Assembly (NCBI GenBank): GCA_963745835.1
Contig: CAVUZH010000013.1
Span: forward strand, 416,001-480,000
Length of the DNA stretch: 64,000 bases
Direction of reading: 5' to 3'
Source: an uncultured delta proteobacterium
Lineage (GTDB): Bacteria; Desulfobacterota; Binatia; UBA9968
Within the stretch, counting starts at the first letter, position 1; the number at the start of each line of letters is the position of its first letter. The translations under genes and the position numbers were made by a program. This document shows, one piece after another, positions 18,856-29,687 of this stretch. The notes beneath the pieces are model-generated. The model was not told where the DNA came from and made no database searches. It saw only the letters and a list, made by a program, of their open reading frames with translations.

Positions 18856-20452
18856 GTGCAGCACTATGACGCGATCCTCGTCGGCGCCGGCCATAACGGA
18901 CTGGTTACGGCGGCTTATCTAGCCAGATCAGGTAAAAAGGTATTGGTTTTAGAGCGCCGATTGGTTGTCGGAGGTGTCGCCGCCACCGAAGAAATCTTTC
19001 CAGCTTTCAAGTGCTCTACCGGCGCTCATATTGCCGGGTCATTTTCCCGCGAGATCAGCGCCGAACTTGAACTTCAGAAACATGGACTAAAGCTTCTCTC
19101 TCTCGGTCCACTGGTCTTCGCGCCGCAATTAGACGGCAATTCGCTGCTGATTCCACAAGATCCGGCCAAAACCGTCGAAGAAATCTCCCGGTTTTCGCGC
19201 GCGGATGCCGAAAAATTTCCTTCATTCTGCTCGCTCATTAATAAGCTCGCCGGTTTCCTGCAGGAGCTAAACGGGCTCCCCCTACCCGATGGCACGAGCG
19301 CCGGCAGTTTCAATATTTCGGAGCTGGTTAGAGTTGGTGTGAAATTTCATCGTCTCGGCAAGAAGGAGATGTATGAGTTCCTGCGCATTCTGCCCATGAG
19401 CATTGCCGACCTGTTGGGCGAATGGTTTGAAAACGAAACCCTAAAAGCAGCCATAGCCGGGAGCGCCATTCTGAATTCTTTTGTTGGTCCGCGGGCTCAG
19501 GGAACCGCTTACGTGCTTCTGCATTATTTGTCGCGATCCTCCCACGCTGTCTTTCGCAGCGCCGGCTTCGTTTCCGGCGGCATCAATCAGTTGCCGCAGG
19601 CATTGGCGCGGGCGGCTAGGCAGCATGGCGCGGAAATTCGCACCGAGCGCCGAAGTCGCTCAAATCATCACCCAAAATGGCTCCGCCAAGGGCGTGGTTC
19701 TCAAGAACGGCGATGATATTTCAGCAAGCGTGATCATCTCCAACGCCGATCCAAAGCGGACTCTGCTCCACCTGGTGGAACCGACATATCTCGATCCGCA
19801 CTTCTTGCTGCAAGTTAAAAACATTCGCGCGCGCGGCACCGTCGCCAAAATCAATTTTGCATTGGATACGTTGCCTCAGTTCAAGCCCAAGGCCAATGCA
19901 GCTTCGGGGGCAGAACTAAGCGGCATCGTTCACATCGGCCCTACCGTTGAGTATCTCGAGCGCGCCGCTGACGATGCGAAATATGGCAGATTTTCCAAGC
20001 ACCCCTTTTTAGAAATAACGATTCCGTCCCTCGTCGATCCAACGCTGGCGCCGGCTGGAAAGCACGTTATGTCTGTGTGGATGCAATCGGCGCCCTATCA
20101 TCTCAAAGAAAGCAATTGGAATGATCAGCGCCAAGCGCTTGGTGACAGTGTGACCGATATAATTGAAAGCTATGCGCCCGGATTTAAAAATTCCATCTTG
20201 CACAGGCAGGTGCTAACGCCCCTGGATTTAGAACAAACATTCGGCGTCACCGGCGGTCACCTTGACCACGCGGAACTGGCCCTCGATCAGATCTTTTTTA
20301 TGCGCCCGGTTCCGGGCTGGGCGGGATACCGCACGCCCATCGACAATCTCTACTTGTGCGGCTCCGGGACGCATCGCGGCGGCGGAATCTCGGGCCTACC
20401 CGGCTATTATGCGGCAAAAAAAATCCTGCAGAACTGGCCGCGACAGAACTGA
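18856..20452 (+). CDS. second FAD-dependent oxidoreductase, phytoene desaturase/PYROXD2-like (apparent +1 frameshift at 19643-19644)
   Basis: ORFs 18856..19716 and 19481..20452 join at EIRT|SAEV when one C is removed (1597 = 1596+1 nt); colinear with the upstream paralog. Confidence 0.8.
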
Positions 20453-20689
20453 TTCTTGTGAGGATTCACAACCCCCTTCTTCTATCTTCGAGAGCCGCCC
20501 TCGGCGTTACGTAAACATAGCAAATAGAGTTGCCGAAAAGCGACAGATTCTCGGTAACCTGAAGGCAGGTAAGTTTAAAGGGACAACGACTCACGGGACG
20601 CACTGCAGAGTGTAACGTGCTGTGGAGCAGCCGTTGAATGCTTTCCCGGAACCCAAACAACTATATGACAGGCACTAGCGGACCGAAAT

Positions 20690-20948
20690 TTGGCAACTCT
20701 GGTGCTTGCCGCGGGCGATTTCGGCCGTCCCTATGTGATGCCGCCGAACACACCGGCGGAACACATCAAGACAATCCGTGAGGCGCTTGCGAAAACTTTA
20801 AACGACGAAGCCGTCAAAACCGACGCGGCGAAGAAGAAACTAGAACTTGATCCCGTCCTCCGCTAAGGAGCTAGAAAAACTCGCGAAGGAAGTGACCAGC
20901 CAGCCGCCAGATATCATCGCCAAGATGAAAACGCTGTTGGCAAAATGA
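20690..20948 (+). pseudogene. 3' fragment of a tripartite tricarboxylate transporter receptor (Bug/TctC-like)
   Basis: Manual translation LATLVLAAGDFGRPYVMPPNTPAEHIKTIREALAKTLND…KKKLELDP/SSAKELEKLAKEVTSQPPDIIAKMKTLLAK*; no 5' part or signal peptide. Confidence 0.65.
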
Positions 20949-21492
20949 TCTGATTGTTCATCCGGAGACCCGCTGCGATGCCGCACGGTCTCCGACTACG
21001 TTGTGGAGCGCAGATTTGAACAGGCAAAGAGCGTTTAAACCTGTGCGCATAGGCGCATAGGTCCCACAGCCCGGCGCCGATCTCGCCCGGTCGTCTCATC
21101 CTAAGATATCCTGACGAGGCACTGCCGATTTATTTAGTCGTCGAGTCAGAGCTCAGCTACCGGGCTTCGAAGCGCCCGGAAGCTTAAACCGACCAATTAC
21201 GGTAGAGTCCCTGGCGGCTCTGGATTCAATGAATTGATCGCGAGTCCAAAACGGTTTGGCTAACCGAGGAAAAGCTGTTTTCGGAAAGATCGGTGACTGG
21301 CATGCCGCGGATGATGTCATTGATTTTTTCTGCTAACATTTGAACGATATTCACTAGATGGAAACATTTTCGCCGTCGGCCAGCTTCATGGGCTATAACT
21401 TGCCTGTCAACGAGACCCTCGGCAGAGTTCCCTTTATCGAAATAGCTATCCCAATCCAAGCAATATTTCGCATTCCGAAACGTCCAACCAGA

Positions 21493-21879
21493 ATGGATTA
21501 TTTTTGCTTGATCAGAAATTACCTCGGGATCCTAGCTCTCGTTCCGCTCCTGCTAGCCGGAACTCAGTTTGCCGATGCCGCATCTGCATCTGCCGGTGAA
21601 ACTCAAAAAATAGAGGCACTGATCCAAGATGTGAGAAACTTAAAAGACGCGACCTTTATCCGTAATGGCTCTAGTTACAGTTCCGAAAGCGCGGCTATCT
21701 TCCTGCGGCGCAAATGGCAAGCCAATCAGTCCGAAGTAAAAACGGCGCGTGATTTTATCGATAAAGTCGCCAGTTTTTCCGGGACATCCGGGAAGCCTTA
21801 CTTAATTCGTTTTAAAGTTGGCAGAGAAATCCACAGTCGCGACTTTCTGCTCGCTAGACTAAAATCCGTAGAGGGCTGA
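21493..21879 (+). CDS. DUF5329 (YfeK-like) exported protein
   Basis: Signal peptide, FIRNGS, TARDFIDKVASFSGTSGKPY motif. Confidence 0.75.
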   Translation: MDYFCLIRNYLGILALVPLLLAGTQFADAASASAGETQKIEALIQDVRNLKDATFIRNGSSYSSESAAIFLRRKWQANQSEVKTARDFIDKVASFSGTSGKPYLIRFKVGREIHSRDFLLARLKSVEG

Positions 21880-21891
21880 TAATGTTCAAGT

Positions 21892-22233
21892 ATGTCGGTC
21901 CTGGTGAAAACCACATTGCTGCTCGCAGCCTCGAACGTCTTTATGACTTTCGCTTGGTACGCCCACCTAAATAATCTAAATGATCGAAAGTGGTACATTG
22001 CCGCCATAGCCAGTTGGGGGATAGCCCTCTTCGAATACCTGCTACAGGTGCCGGCAAACCGGATCGGCTACACTCAGTTCAGTCTCGCACAATTAAAGAT
22101 AACTCAGGAAGTAATCACGCTTTCAGTGTTTGTACCGTTTGCGGTGTTCTATATGCGCGAGCCGATCAAGCTCGACTATTTATGGGCGGGCCTATGCTTG
22201 TCAGGTGCCGTTTACTTCATCTTTCGGTCTTGA
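21892..22233 (+). CDS. DMT-family small membrane protein
   Basis: SNVFMTFAWYAHL, SWGIALFEYLLQVPANRIG, QEVITL. Confidence 0.85.
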   Translation: MSVLVKTTLLLAASNVFMTFAWYAHLNNLNDRKWYIAAIASWGIALFEYLLQVPANRIGYTQFSLAQLKITQEVITLSVFVPFAVFYMREPIKLDYLWAGLCLSGAVYFIFRS

Positions 22234-22238
22234 TGCGG

Positions 22239-23180
22239 TTAATTCTCTTGTGTGCCGAGAAATCTCTCCGCATCGATGGATGCCATACAACCGGTGCCGG
22301 CGGCGGTAACGGCTTGGCGGTAAACATGATCCTGCACATCGCCGCACGCAAACACGCCAGGGATATTGGTCTGAGTGCCGTCATGAGTCAAGATATATCC
22401 GAGCGGATCTAGTTCTAGTTGCCCGACAAACAGCTTTGAGTTGGGCTCGTGGCCGATTGCGATAAATACCCCGTCAACTTTGAGGTCCTCCGACTTACCG
22501 GTCTTGAGGTTCTTAAGCCTAACGCCCTTTACGCCACCGTTTTTAGGGTCGCCATAAATCTCATCAACAGCGCTATCCCAGGTAAATGAAATTTTCGAAT
22601 TCTTTTTAGCGCGATCCTGCATAATTTTTGACGCGCGCAGAGCGTCGCGTCGATGCACGACGTTAACGCTTGACGCAAACTTTGTCAGAAACGTTGCCTC
22701 TTCCATCGCTGTATCACCGCCGCCAACGACTACCAGGTCCTTGTCTTTAAAAAAGAACCCATCGCAGGTGGCGCAGGCCGAGACGCCATGGCCCATCAGT
22801 TTGCTTTCAGATTCTAGTCCCAACAATTTGGCGGTCGCGCCGGTGGCCACGATCAAAGCCTCGCATGTAAACGCGTCCCGACCGGCGACGAGTTTGAACG
22901 GCCGTTGTTTGAGATCGACCGAGGTGACCTCGCCGAATATCACCTCCGTTCCGAAACGCACGGCTTGTTTCTTGAACGCTTCCATTAGCTCCGGGCCCAT
23001 GATCCCATCCGGAAACCCAGGGTAGTTTTCAACATCGGTCGTGATAGTGAGCTGGCCTCCGGGTTGAACCCCTTCAATAACGAGCGGCTCGAGATTGGCG
23101 CGGGCGGCGTAGATCGCGGCAGTAAGACCGGCGGCGCCGGAGCCGAGAATGATGAGACGGTAGTGACTTTTTTTCTCCAT
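22239..23180 (-). CDS. trxB: thioredoxin-disulfide reductase
   Basis: [37 protein letters not shown]; real start MEKKSHY at 23180. Confidence 0.95.
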   Translation of the reverse strand: MEKKSHYRLIILGSGAAGLTAAIYAARANLEPLVIEGVQPGGQLTITTDVENYPGFPDGIMGPELMEAFKKQAVRFGTEVIFGEVTSVDLKQRPFKLVAGRDAFTCEALIVATGATAKLLGLESESKLMGHGVSACATCDGFFFKDKDLVVVGGGDTAMEEATFLTKFASSVNVVHRRDALRASKIMQDRAKKNSKISFTWDSAVDEIYGDPKNGGVKGVRLKNLKTGKSEDLKVDGVFIAIGHEPNSKLFVGQLELDPLGYILTHDGTQTNIPGVFACGDVQDHVYRQAVTAAGTGCMASIDAERFLGTQEN

Positions 23181-23226
23181 GCGGTTTCTGTAACATAAAA
23201 GCCCAAGGGGAGAAAGCAAGCGGATC

Positions 23227-23712
23227 ATGAGAAAGTTAAGCCACTTAGACGAGCAGGGACGCGCCAGAATGGTCGATGTCAGCGACAAGGCGGTAAGCCG
23301 ACGAATCGCTGTTGCCCGTGGAGCAATTAAAATGCGGCCGGAAACTTTGGCCCTTATACTGGAAGACAAAATTGAAAAAGGAGACGTCTTTTCCGTCGCC
23401 AGAGTGGCTGGCATCATGGCCGCAAAAAAGACTTCAGAATTAATCCCGATGTGCCATCCGCTGAACATCACCTCGGTGAAGATCAACCTAAACCCACAGG
23501 AAAACCCAGCTCGTGTCGAAATTGAAGCCGCGGTCCGCGTCGACGGCAAGACCGGCGTCGAAATGGAGGCGATGACGGCAGTATGCGTGGCTGGGCTGAC
23601 GATTTATGACATGTGCAAAGCCGTCGACCGCGAAATGTCGATTAGCGAAATTCGCCTGGTAGAAAAAAGCGGCGGAAAAAGCGGCGTCTTTATTCGCGAC
23701 GAACAGCCATAG
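23227..23712 (+). CDS. moaC: cyclic pyranopterin monophosphate synthase MoaC
   Basis: LSHLD…MVDVSDK, LIPMCHP, TGVEMEA, IYDMCKA, KSGGKSG. Confidence 0.96.
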   Translation: MRKLSHLDEQGRARMVDVSDKAVSRRIAVARGAIKMRPETLALILEDKIEKGDVFSVARVAGIMAAKKTSELIPMCHPLNITSVKINLNPQENPARVEIEAAVRVDGKTGVEMEAMTAVCVAGLTIYDMCKAVDREMSISEIRLVEKSGGKSGVFIRDEQP

Positions 23713-23805
23713 ACCAACTGTTACTTGGCGCAACGCCGGTCAGAAACAATCATAGCTCTCCTACTTCTCGCCTTATTCTGATAGCCATTTCGAATCTTTT
23801 ACCCC

Positions 23806-24981
23806 ATGCAGCGGATCTTTTTAAAAAAAGGCCGAGAGGCTCCCATACTCCGCGGGCACCCGTGGATCTTTTCGGGGGCCATCGAGAAAGTTGAAGGCGA
23901 CGATGAAAATGTCGGTGTAGCCGATATATTCGACAGCCAGAAAACCTGGATCGCCCGCGGTCTTTCGAATGTGAAGTCGCAGATCCGGGTGCGCGTTGTG
24001 ACTTGGAAAAAAGAATCCATCGATCGAGCGTTCTTTTCACGCCGCTTATCTCAGGCTCTTTCTCTCAGAGAGAGATATCTTTCCGCTACAACCAATGCGT
24101 ACCGATTAATCAACGGCGAGGGGGATTTTTTGCCGGGCTTGATCGTCGATCGTTATGACGATTTTCTTGTCTGCCAATTTTTCACCGCCGGCATGGAAAT
24201 GTTCAAAGCTGATATCATCGACGCGCTTAACGATCTCGTCGATGTTAAAGGCATCTCTGAACGAAGCGAGGGCAAAGTGCGTGCCGAAGAAGGTCTCGAA
24301 CCGGCTGTCGGCGGGTTGGCCGGCGAAACACCACCCGAGACGGTCTCGATTGTGGAGAACCGGAAAAAATTCCTCGTTGATGTGAAGGGAGGACAGAAGA
24401 CGGGCTTTTTTCTCGACCAGAGAGACAACCGCGCCTTTCTTTTAACCCTCGCTCGGGATCGGAGAATATTGAATTCTTTCTCCTATACCGGCGCTTTCTC
24501 GGTGTACGGCTTTGACGGCGGCGCAAAAAGCGTTATCACGCTTGATTCCTCGCGCCCAGCGCTCGAATTGGCTGAACAAAATTTGGCTCTTAACGGATTT
24601 GATAGCGCCGAAGGAGAGCTTCTTAAAGGCGATGCATTTACATACTTGAAAGAATCCGACTTAAACTTCGATCTGATTGTTCTCGATCCTCCTTCTTTGG
24701 CGCCCCGGCGTAGCGATATCAACGCCGCCACGGGTGCTTACAAATTTCTCAACCTTCACGCGTTGAAGCACTTAGATCCCGGCGGCATCCTTCTGACCTT
24801 TTCCTGTTCACAGCATCTCACCGCGGACCTGTTCCAGAAGGTGGTCTTCGGCGCCGCCGTCGATGCCGGACGTAAAGTCACCATTCTAGGAAAGCTTGGC
24901 CATTCCATGGATCACCCCGTAAGCCTGCATCATCCGGAAGGAGATTACTTGAAGGGGCTTGCGTTACGAGTGTTGGACTAG
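23806..24981 (+). CDS. rlmI: RlmI/RlmK-family rRNA methyltransferase
   Basis: PUA domain (GHPWIFS), GQKTGFFLDQRDNR, FSYTGAF, LDPP, SCS. Confidence 0.82.
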   Translation: MQRIFLKKGREAPILRGHPWIFSGAIEKVEGDDENVGVADIFDSQKTWIARGLSNVKSQIRVRVVTWKKESIDRAFFSRRLSQALSLRERYLSATTNAYRLINGEGDFLPGLIVDRYDDFLVCQFFTAGMEMFKADIIDALNDLVDVKGISERSEGKVRAEEGLEPAVGGLAGETPPETVSIVENRKKFLVDVKGGQKTGFFLDQRDNRAFLLTLARDRRILNSFSYTGAFSVYGFDGGAKSVITLDSSRPALELAEQNLALNGFDSAEGELLKGDAFTYLKESDLNFDLIVLDPPSLAPRRSDINAATGAYKFLNLHALKHLDPGGILLTFSCSQHLTADLFQKVVFGAAVDAGRKVTILGKLGHSMDHPVSLHHPEGDYLKGLALRVLD

Positions 24982-25041
24982 TACTCGGGCGCTGTGCTAG
25001 AGCTGCGTTGCCGGTCAAACAACATCCAGCGGCGAGGTGTC

Positions 25042-25734
25042 ATGGCTCCTTACCAAACCATCAAAGATTGGCCCGCGGAGGATCGTCCCAGAGAAAAGCT
25101 CCTAGCCAGAGGACCGCAGGCTTTGAGCAATACCGAGCTCTTGGCGATCATCCTACGAAACGGCAATGCCAGCACCGGTGAGAGCGCCATCGATCACGCG
25201 CGGCTGCTGCTCGACCGATTTGGCGGTCTCAAGGGAATGGACGAGGCAGCCGGCAGCGAGTTGGGTAAGGTCAAGGGAATCGGGCCGGCAAAGATAGCCC
25301 AAATCAAAGCCTCCTTGGAGCTTGCACGCCGCATCGGCGGTCAGAGATGGGAGCCCGGTCAATCGCTGCGCTCATCCGAAGACGTTTTCCGTCATTTTCG
25401 CCACGATCTGGAAAGAGAGAAGCGGGAACTTTTCTACGTCGTTTTATTAAACAACAAGAACAAGAAAATCCGCGACGTGAAGATCTCTGAAGGCTCTCTA
25501 ACGGCATCACTGGTTCATCCACGCGAGGTCTACAATCCGGTCATCCGCGAATCAGCGGCTGCCGTCATATTTGTTCACAACCACCCCAGCGGCGATCCGG
25601 CGCCAAGCCCTGAAGACATCGAGATAACGCGCCGCTTAAAGGAAGTCGGCGATGTCATGGGCGTGCGCGTCCTCGACCACGTCGTCATCGGTCAAGACCG
25701 ATATTTCAGTTTCAACGACAAAGGAATGCTCTAG
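25042..25734 (+). CDS. radC: RadC-family JAB-domain protein
   Basis: DRPREKL, ELLAIIL, VHPREV, HNHPSGDPAPSPED, LDHVVIG. Confidence 0.93.
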   Translation: MAPYQTIKDWPAEDRPREKLLARGPQALSNTELLAIILRNGNASTGESAIDHARLLLDRFGGLKGMDEAAGSELGKVKGIGPAKIAQIKASLELARRIGGQRWEPGQSLRSSEDVFRHFRHDLEREKRELFYVVLLNNKNKKIRDVKISEGSLTASLVHPREVYNPVIRESAAAVIFVHNHPSGDPAPSPEDIEITRRLKEVGDVMGVRVLDHVVIGQDRYFSFNDKGML

Positions 25735-25815
25735 CCGTTCTTGACATTTGAGCGCAAAGCTCCATCCGATTCAGAGCGAATCGACCAACTTTATGTCTTA
25801 AACCGTAAAGTTTCG

Positions 25816-25844
25816 TTGACAAGATCATGCCAGCCGTTTATTTT
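25816..25844 (+). promoter_or_regulatory. putative sigma70 promoter (TTGACA-N17-TATTTT)
   Basis: Consensus -35 with 17-nt spacer, about 40 nt upstream of the M23 gene. Confidence 0.4.
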
Positions 25845-25886
25845 GTTGCGAACAACTCTTTCCAAACTGCTTAAAAAGTCTATTGA

Positions 25887-27317
25887 ATGAGCGCTCTTGA
25901 AATCGGCCGCCCCCCCAGACGCGCTGCCTTGCCCGGCAATCTTCTTGTTGTTTTACTTGTCGCAGGTCTGATCGCGGGTGGATACTTTCTCATTCCGCGC
26001 TTTGAATGGAAATCCCCGCAGATCAAGCTCACTCCTGACGCGGAAACCCTTGGGCTTGGCGATCTTGAAATTGATATCAGCGAGCAAGGCACCGGTTTAA
26101 AATCTGTCAGCGCTTCTCTCACCGCCGGCGGCAAAGAGCATTCTCTGGCTGCGGAAGAATACGATCAGCCGTTGATGCAGAAAAAGATTACTATCGCGCT
26201 ATCCTCGAAGCTAACCGGCCTCAAGGAAGGGCCGGCGATTTTGCGCGTTAGCGCCCGTGATCGATCGTTATGGAGTTTTTTTCGGGGCAACGAAACCGTG
26301 CTGCAAAAAAACCTGACGATTGATATCACGCCGCCGACCATCGAGCTGATTGCCGATGACGCCTACGTCAACTTTGGCGGCACCGCACTAGTGGCTTATA
26401 AACCCTCAGCAGACACGGTCAGCACCGGCGTAAAGATTGGTCATCATTTTTTTCCCGGATACAAGGGGCAAACAAAAGATCCCAGCATCTATCTGGCTTT
26501 CTTCGCTCACCCTTACGACACACCGGAGACCGAGAAAGCAACTCTTGTGGCCACCGACAAGGCCGGCAATGCCCGACAGATGGCGCTTGGCTATACACTC
26601 AAGGGCGTTAAGTACAGGAAGAGCACGATTCCGGTTTCAGAGGAGTTCATTAACGGTAAAGTCGCGCCGTTGATCAATGATGTGGGTGCCCGGCAAGGCA
26701 GCGCCAAGGAACTGTTTGTCAAGGTGAACCGCGACATTCGTAAAGAGAACGAGGACAAGATTAAAGCGGTCACCCAAAAAACCGCAGGCTCGATGCTCTG
26801 GAGCGGCCCATTTAACCAGCTAACCAATTCCAAGGTTGAAGCGAACTTTGCCGACGCCAGGACGTACGTTTATAAGAACGAGACCATCGACCATGCGTAT
26901 CACCTGGGCTTTGATCTGTCGGTCACCAAGAGATATCCGGTGGAAGCCGCCAACAGCGGTGTTGTGGGTTTCATCGGTGATTTAGGAATTTACGGAAACA
27001 CCGTGATTCTCGATCACGGCTTGGGGCTTGCGACGCTTTATTCACACCTGAGCTCCATCGACGTCAAACCGGGTGAGCAAATCAAAAAGGCACAAATTCT
27101 CGGCAAAACCGGTGAAACCGGCTTGGCAGTCGGCGATCACCTGCACTACGGCGTCTATTTAAACGGCATCGCCGTGCTGCCATTGGAGTGGTGGGACGAG
27201 AAATGGTTACGTGACAACATATATCCCAAGCTCCAGTCTTCCACTGCCGAGAGCGATGTTGTAGCAAAAGCCGAAGCCAAGCCTGCCGCAAAAAAAACCA
27301 GCCGCCGTCGGCGCTAG
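25887..27317 (+). CDS. M23-family metallopeptidase
   Basis: N-terminal TM anchor, HLGFD (HxxxD), YSHL and HLH motifs. Confidence 0.88.
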   Translation: MSALEIGRPPRRAALPGNLLVVLLVAGLIAGGYFLIPRFEWKSPQIKLTPDAETLGLGDLEIDISEQGTGLKSVSASLTAGGKEHSLAAEEYDQPLMQKKITIALSSKLTGLKEGPAILRVSARDRSLWSFFRGNETVLQKNLTIDITPPTIELIADDAYVNFGGTALVAYKPSADTVSTGVKIGHHFFPGYKGQTKDPSIYLAFFAHPYDTPETEKATLVATDKAGNARQMALGYTLKGVKYRKSTIPVSEEFINGKVAPLINDVGARQGSAKELFVKVNRDIRKENEDKIKAVTQKTAGSMLWSGPFNQLTNSKVEANFADARTYVYKNETIDHAYHLGFDLSVTKRYPVEAANSGVVGFIGDLGIYGNTVILDHGLGLATLYSHLSSIDVKPGEQIKKAQILGKTGETGLAVGDHLHYGVYLNGIAVLPLEWWDEKWLRDNIYPKLQSSTAESDVVAKAEAKPAAKKTSRRRR

Positions 27318-27348
27318 CCATTCCACGTATCGGGTCCAACCAAGCGCT

Positions 27349-28764
27349 GTGTCGATCAAGCTCAGGCGCCCGCGTTCAGAATCGACATCGGACAAACTGG
27401 CAGAGTTTGTCGCAAGCCTGAGCGCAAGAGAGCTTCCTAAAGCAATCAAAGAAGCGGCCAAAGAACATCTGCTCGACGGCTTTGCGACAATGCTTGCCGG
27501 CGCGGCGGAAGGCGCGAGCCAGCGCATCGACGGTTATTTGCGAAATTTTTTCTCCAGACCGGAAGCAACCGTTATTGGATCCGCCATGAAGGTCAATGCG
27601 CAGTATGCCGCGCTCGCCAACGGCATTCGTGGACACGTGCTCGACTATGATGATGCCCAGTTGGCCACTCTGCGTTCGCGGCCCTACGGTCAACTCACCC
27701 ACCCAACCACACCGGTTCTAGCTGCTGCTCTTGCCTTAGCGGAAAAAATCAAGGCCACGGGTTTAGAATTGTTGGCCGCCTATATTGTCGGCGTTGAAGT
27801 AGCGTGCCGGCTCGCCGATGCGATTCACCCCGATCATTATCTTAAAGGCTTTCATCCCACCGGGACAATCGGCGCCTTCGGCGCTACCGCCGCATGCGCA
27901 CACCTGCTGAAATTGGATTTTACCCGGACGCGCTGGGCTGTGGGTATCGCCGCAAGCCTGGCCTCCGGACTGCGAGCTCATCGTGGTACGATGGCCAAAT
28001 CGTTGAATGCCGGGCATGCAGCCGAGAACGGTGTCGTTGCCGCCACTTTGGCTCAAACCGGCTTTAGCGCTTCTACGGATGTATTTGACGACCCGATGGG
28101 TTACTTCGCTGCGGCGTGTCATGGCATGGTGGAACGTAAACTGATCAAGTTCGGCTCGCCGTATTTTCTTGTTAACCCGGGGATCGCCATTAAAATCTAT
28201 CCCTGCGCCGGTGTACTACATCCGGCACTCGACGCAATCATCGATGTAGCCAAGGAACACGATTTGCGATCGACCGATGTCAAAAGAATTCGTGTCAGCC
28301 TCGGTCCTGATGCGGCTTTGCCTCTGGTGTATAATCGTCCAAAGACTGCCCTTGAAGGAAAATTCAGTCTATCCTTCTCCGCCGCTGTGGCTCTGGTCTA
28401 TCGCAGAGCCGGTCTCGAGCAATATAAAGACGCGACTCTTCTGAATCAAAACATTACCGCCGTGATGAAGCGAATCGAGCTCGTGCAAAATCCGAGGCTT
28501 CGGTCGCTGGGCAATCTCGGTTGCCCAGCTGAGATCGAGATTCAATTGAATAACCGGAGAATTTACCGAAAACGCGCCACCGTGGCCAAAGGCCATCCGA
28601 AGAAACCCCTGACACGAGAAGAAATTCAAGAGAAATTTCACCAGTGCGCCGGCGAGCAAATACCAAAGAAACGAGCCAAAAAGTTTGTCGAGGATCTCTT
28701 GTCCATCGAAGAAGTTGATGTGCTGGCGCCATGGCTTAAATTGTTGCGGCCCGCGCGCCGTTGA
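27349..28764 (+). CDS. MmgE/PrpD-family protein
   Basis: HVLDYDD, HP, GFHPTG, KIYPC, KFS, GHP motifs. Confidence 0.88.
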   Translation: MSIKLRRPRSESTSDKLAEFVASLSARELPKAIKEAAKEHLLDGFATMLAGAAEGASQRIDGYLRNFFSRPEATVIGSAMKVNAQYAALANGIRGHVLDYDDAQLATLRSRPYGQLTHPTTPVLAAALALAEKIKATGLELLAAYIVGVEVACRLADAIHPDHYLKGFHPTGTIGAFGATAACAHLLKLDFTRTRWAVGIAASLASGLRAHRGTMAKSLNAGHAAENGVVAATLAQTGFSASTDVFDDPMGYFAAACHGMVERKLIKFGSPYFLVNPGIAIKIYPCAGVLHPALDAIIDVAKEHDLRSTDVKRIRVSLGPDAALPLVYNRPKTALEGKFSLSFSAAVALVYRRAGLEQYKDATLLNQNITAVMKRIELVQNPRLRSLGNLGCPAEIEIQLNNRRIYRKRATVAKGHPKKPLTREEIQEKFHQCAGEQIPKKRAKKFVEDLLSIEEVDVLAPWLKLLRPARR

Positions 28765-28823
28765 CTTTGATCCAGTGAACAGAGAAAGATGACAACAACC
28801 CTGGCTTGAAAGGATCAACTAGC

Positions 28824-29525
28824 ATGCGCATCGTCGATCTCAGCATGACCGTACAAGAGTGCGACTCAGCACCGTTTGCTCCCGATGAAAACTATTTTAA
28901 GCTCAGACCGATTATCAAATGGGAAGACAAAGGGTTTGTTTCCAATGTCGTGCAGATGACCGTTCACGTTGGCACCCACATCGACTCGCCGCATCATTTT
29001 TTTCGCGACAAGCCTTCTATCGAGCAACTTCCGCTCGAGCCGATGGTCGGCCAGGCGATCATACTGGATCTAACCGCTAAGGGGATTGCCCGCGCAGTTA
29101 TCACGCCCCAGGATTTAAGCCAAGCCGAGGAGAAGCTCAAGCAAGAAGGTATTGAGATTCCTCAGGGCGGCATGCTTTTTCTTAGGACCGACTGGCCTAA
29201 AGGCCACGATACGACGGACCCTCAATGGTGGAACGATTCGCCGTATCTAAATAAGGAGGCAGCTCAATGGATTGTTGCGAGGAAGCCGGCGGTTGTCGGT
29301 TTTGATTTTGCGCAGGAAGAAAAGGGAACTGATTATCAAAGCGCCGATCAAATTCTCCAGAGCGCCATGCGCGTGCACCGGACCATTCTTCCCAAAGTGA
29401 TTTTTCAAATCGAGAATCTGATCAATCTCGATCAGATCGGCTCCAGCGCTCAAGTCGTTGCTCTGCCGGTAAAGTGGAAAACCGAATCGGCGCCCGCGCG
29501 GGTCATCGCCCTGCTGGACAATTAG
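28824..29525 (+). CDS. cyclase/kynurenine formamidase-family metal hydrolase
   Basis: HVGTHIDSPHH (HxGTHxDxPxH), IENL, APARV. Confidence 0.88.
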   Translation: MRIVDLSMTVQECDSAPFAPDENYFKLRPIIKWEDKGFVSNVVQMTVHVGTHIDSPHHFFRDKPSIEQLPLEPMVGQAIILDLTAKGIARAVITPQDLSQAEEKLKQEGIEIPQGGMLFLRTDWPKGHDTTDPQWWNDSPYLNKEAAQWIVARKPAVVGFDFAQEEKGTDYQSADQILQSAMRVHRTILPKVIFQIENLINLDQIGSSAQVVALPVKWKTESAPARVIALLDN

Positions 29526-29557
29526 GCCTGACACTCATGAAAGACTCTGATTATCGT

Positions 29558-29673
29558 GCTGCTCAAAAGAGCTCATAGGCGAGGCGGTCAAAAGTCGACG
29601 AGCGAAGGCCTACTCTTCAGTACGTCGACGCGCGGCGATTGGGCCAACGAAGCATATGGGGCTTTTCAGCAGC
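29558..29673. repeat. ~120-bp intergenic repeat with terminal inverted repeats (MITE-like), copy 1
   Basis: GCTGCTCAAAAG…GACGAGCGAAG…AGTACG…CAACGAAGCATATGGGGCTTTTCAGCAGC; colinear with copies at 31487 and 55243. Confidence 0.75.
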
Positions 29674-29687
29674 GTGTTAACTGACTG

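Noticed and set aside
23181-23549. 122-aa N-terminal extension of TrxB in the ORF track
   Set aside because: It is the antisense of moaC; family homology starts at MEKKSHY (23180).
7746-25734. KGGD tails as ubiquitin-like/ThiS-MoaD GG motifs processed by the JAB protein RadC
   Set aside because: The proteins carry export signals and an OB-like rather than beta-grasp pattern; no E1/ThiF gene is present; radC is 13 kb away in a housekeeping context.
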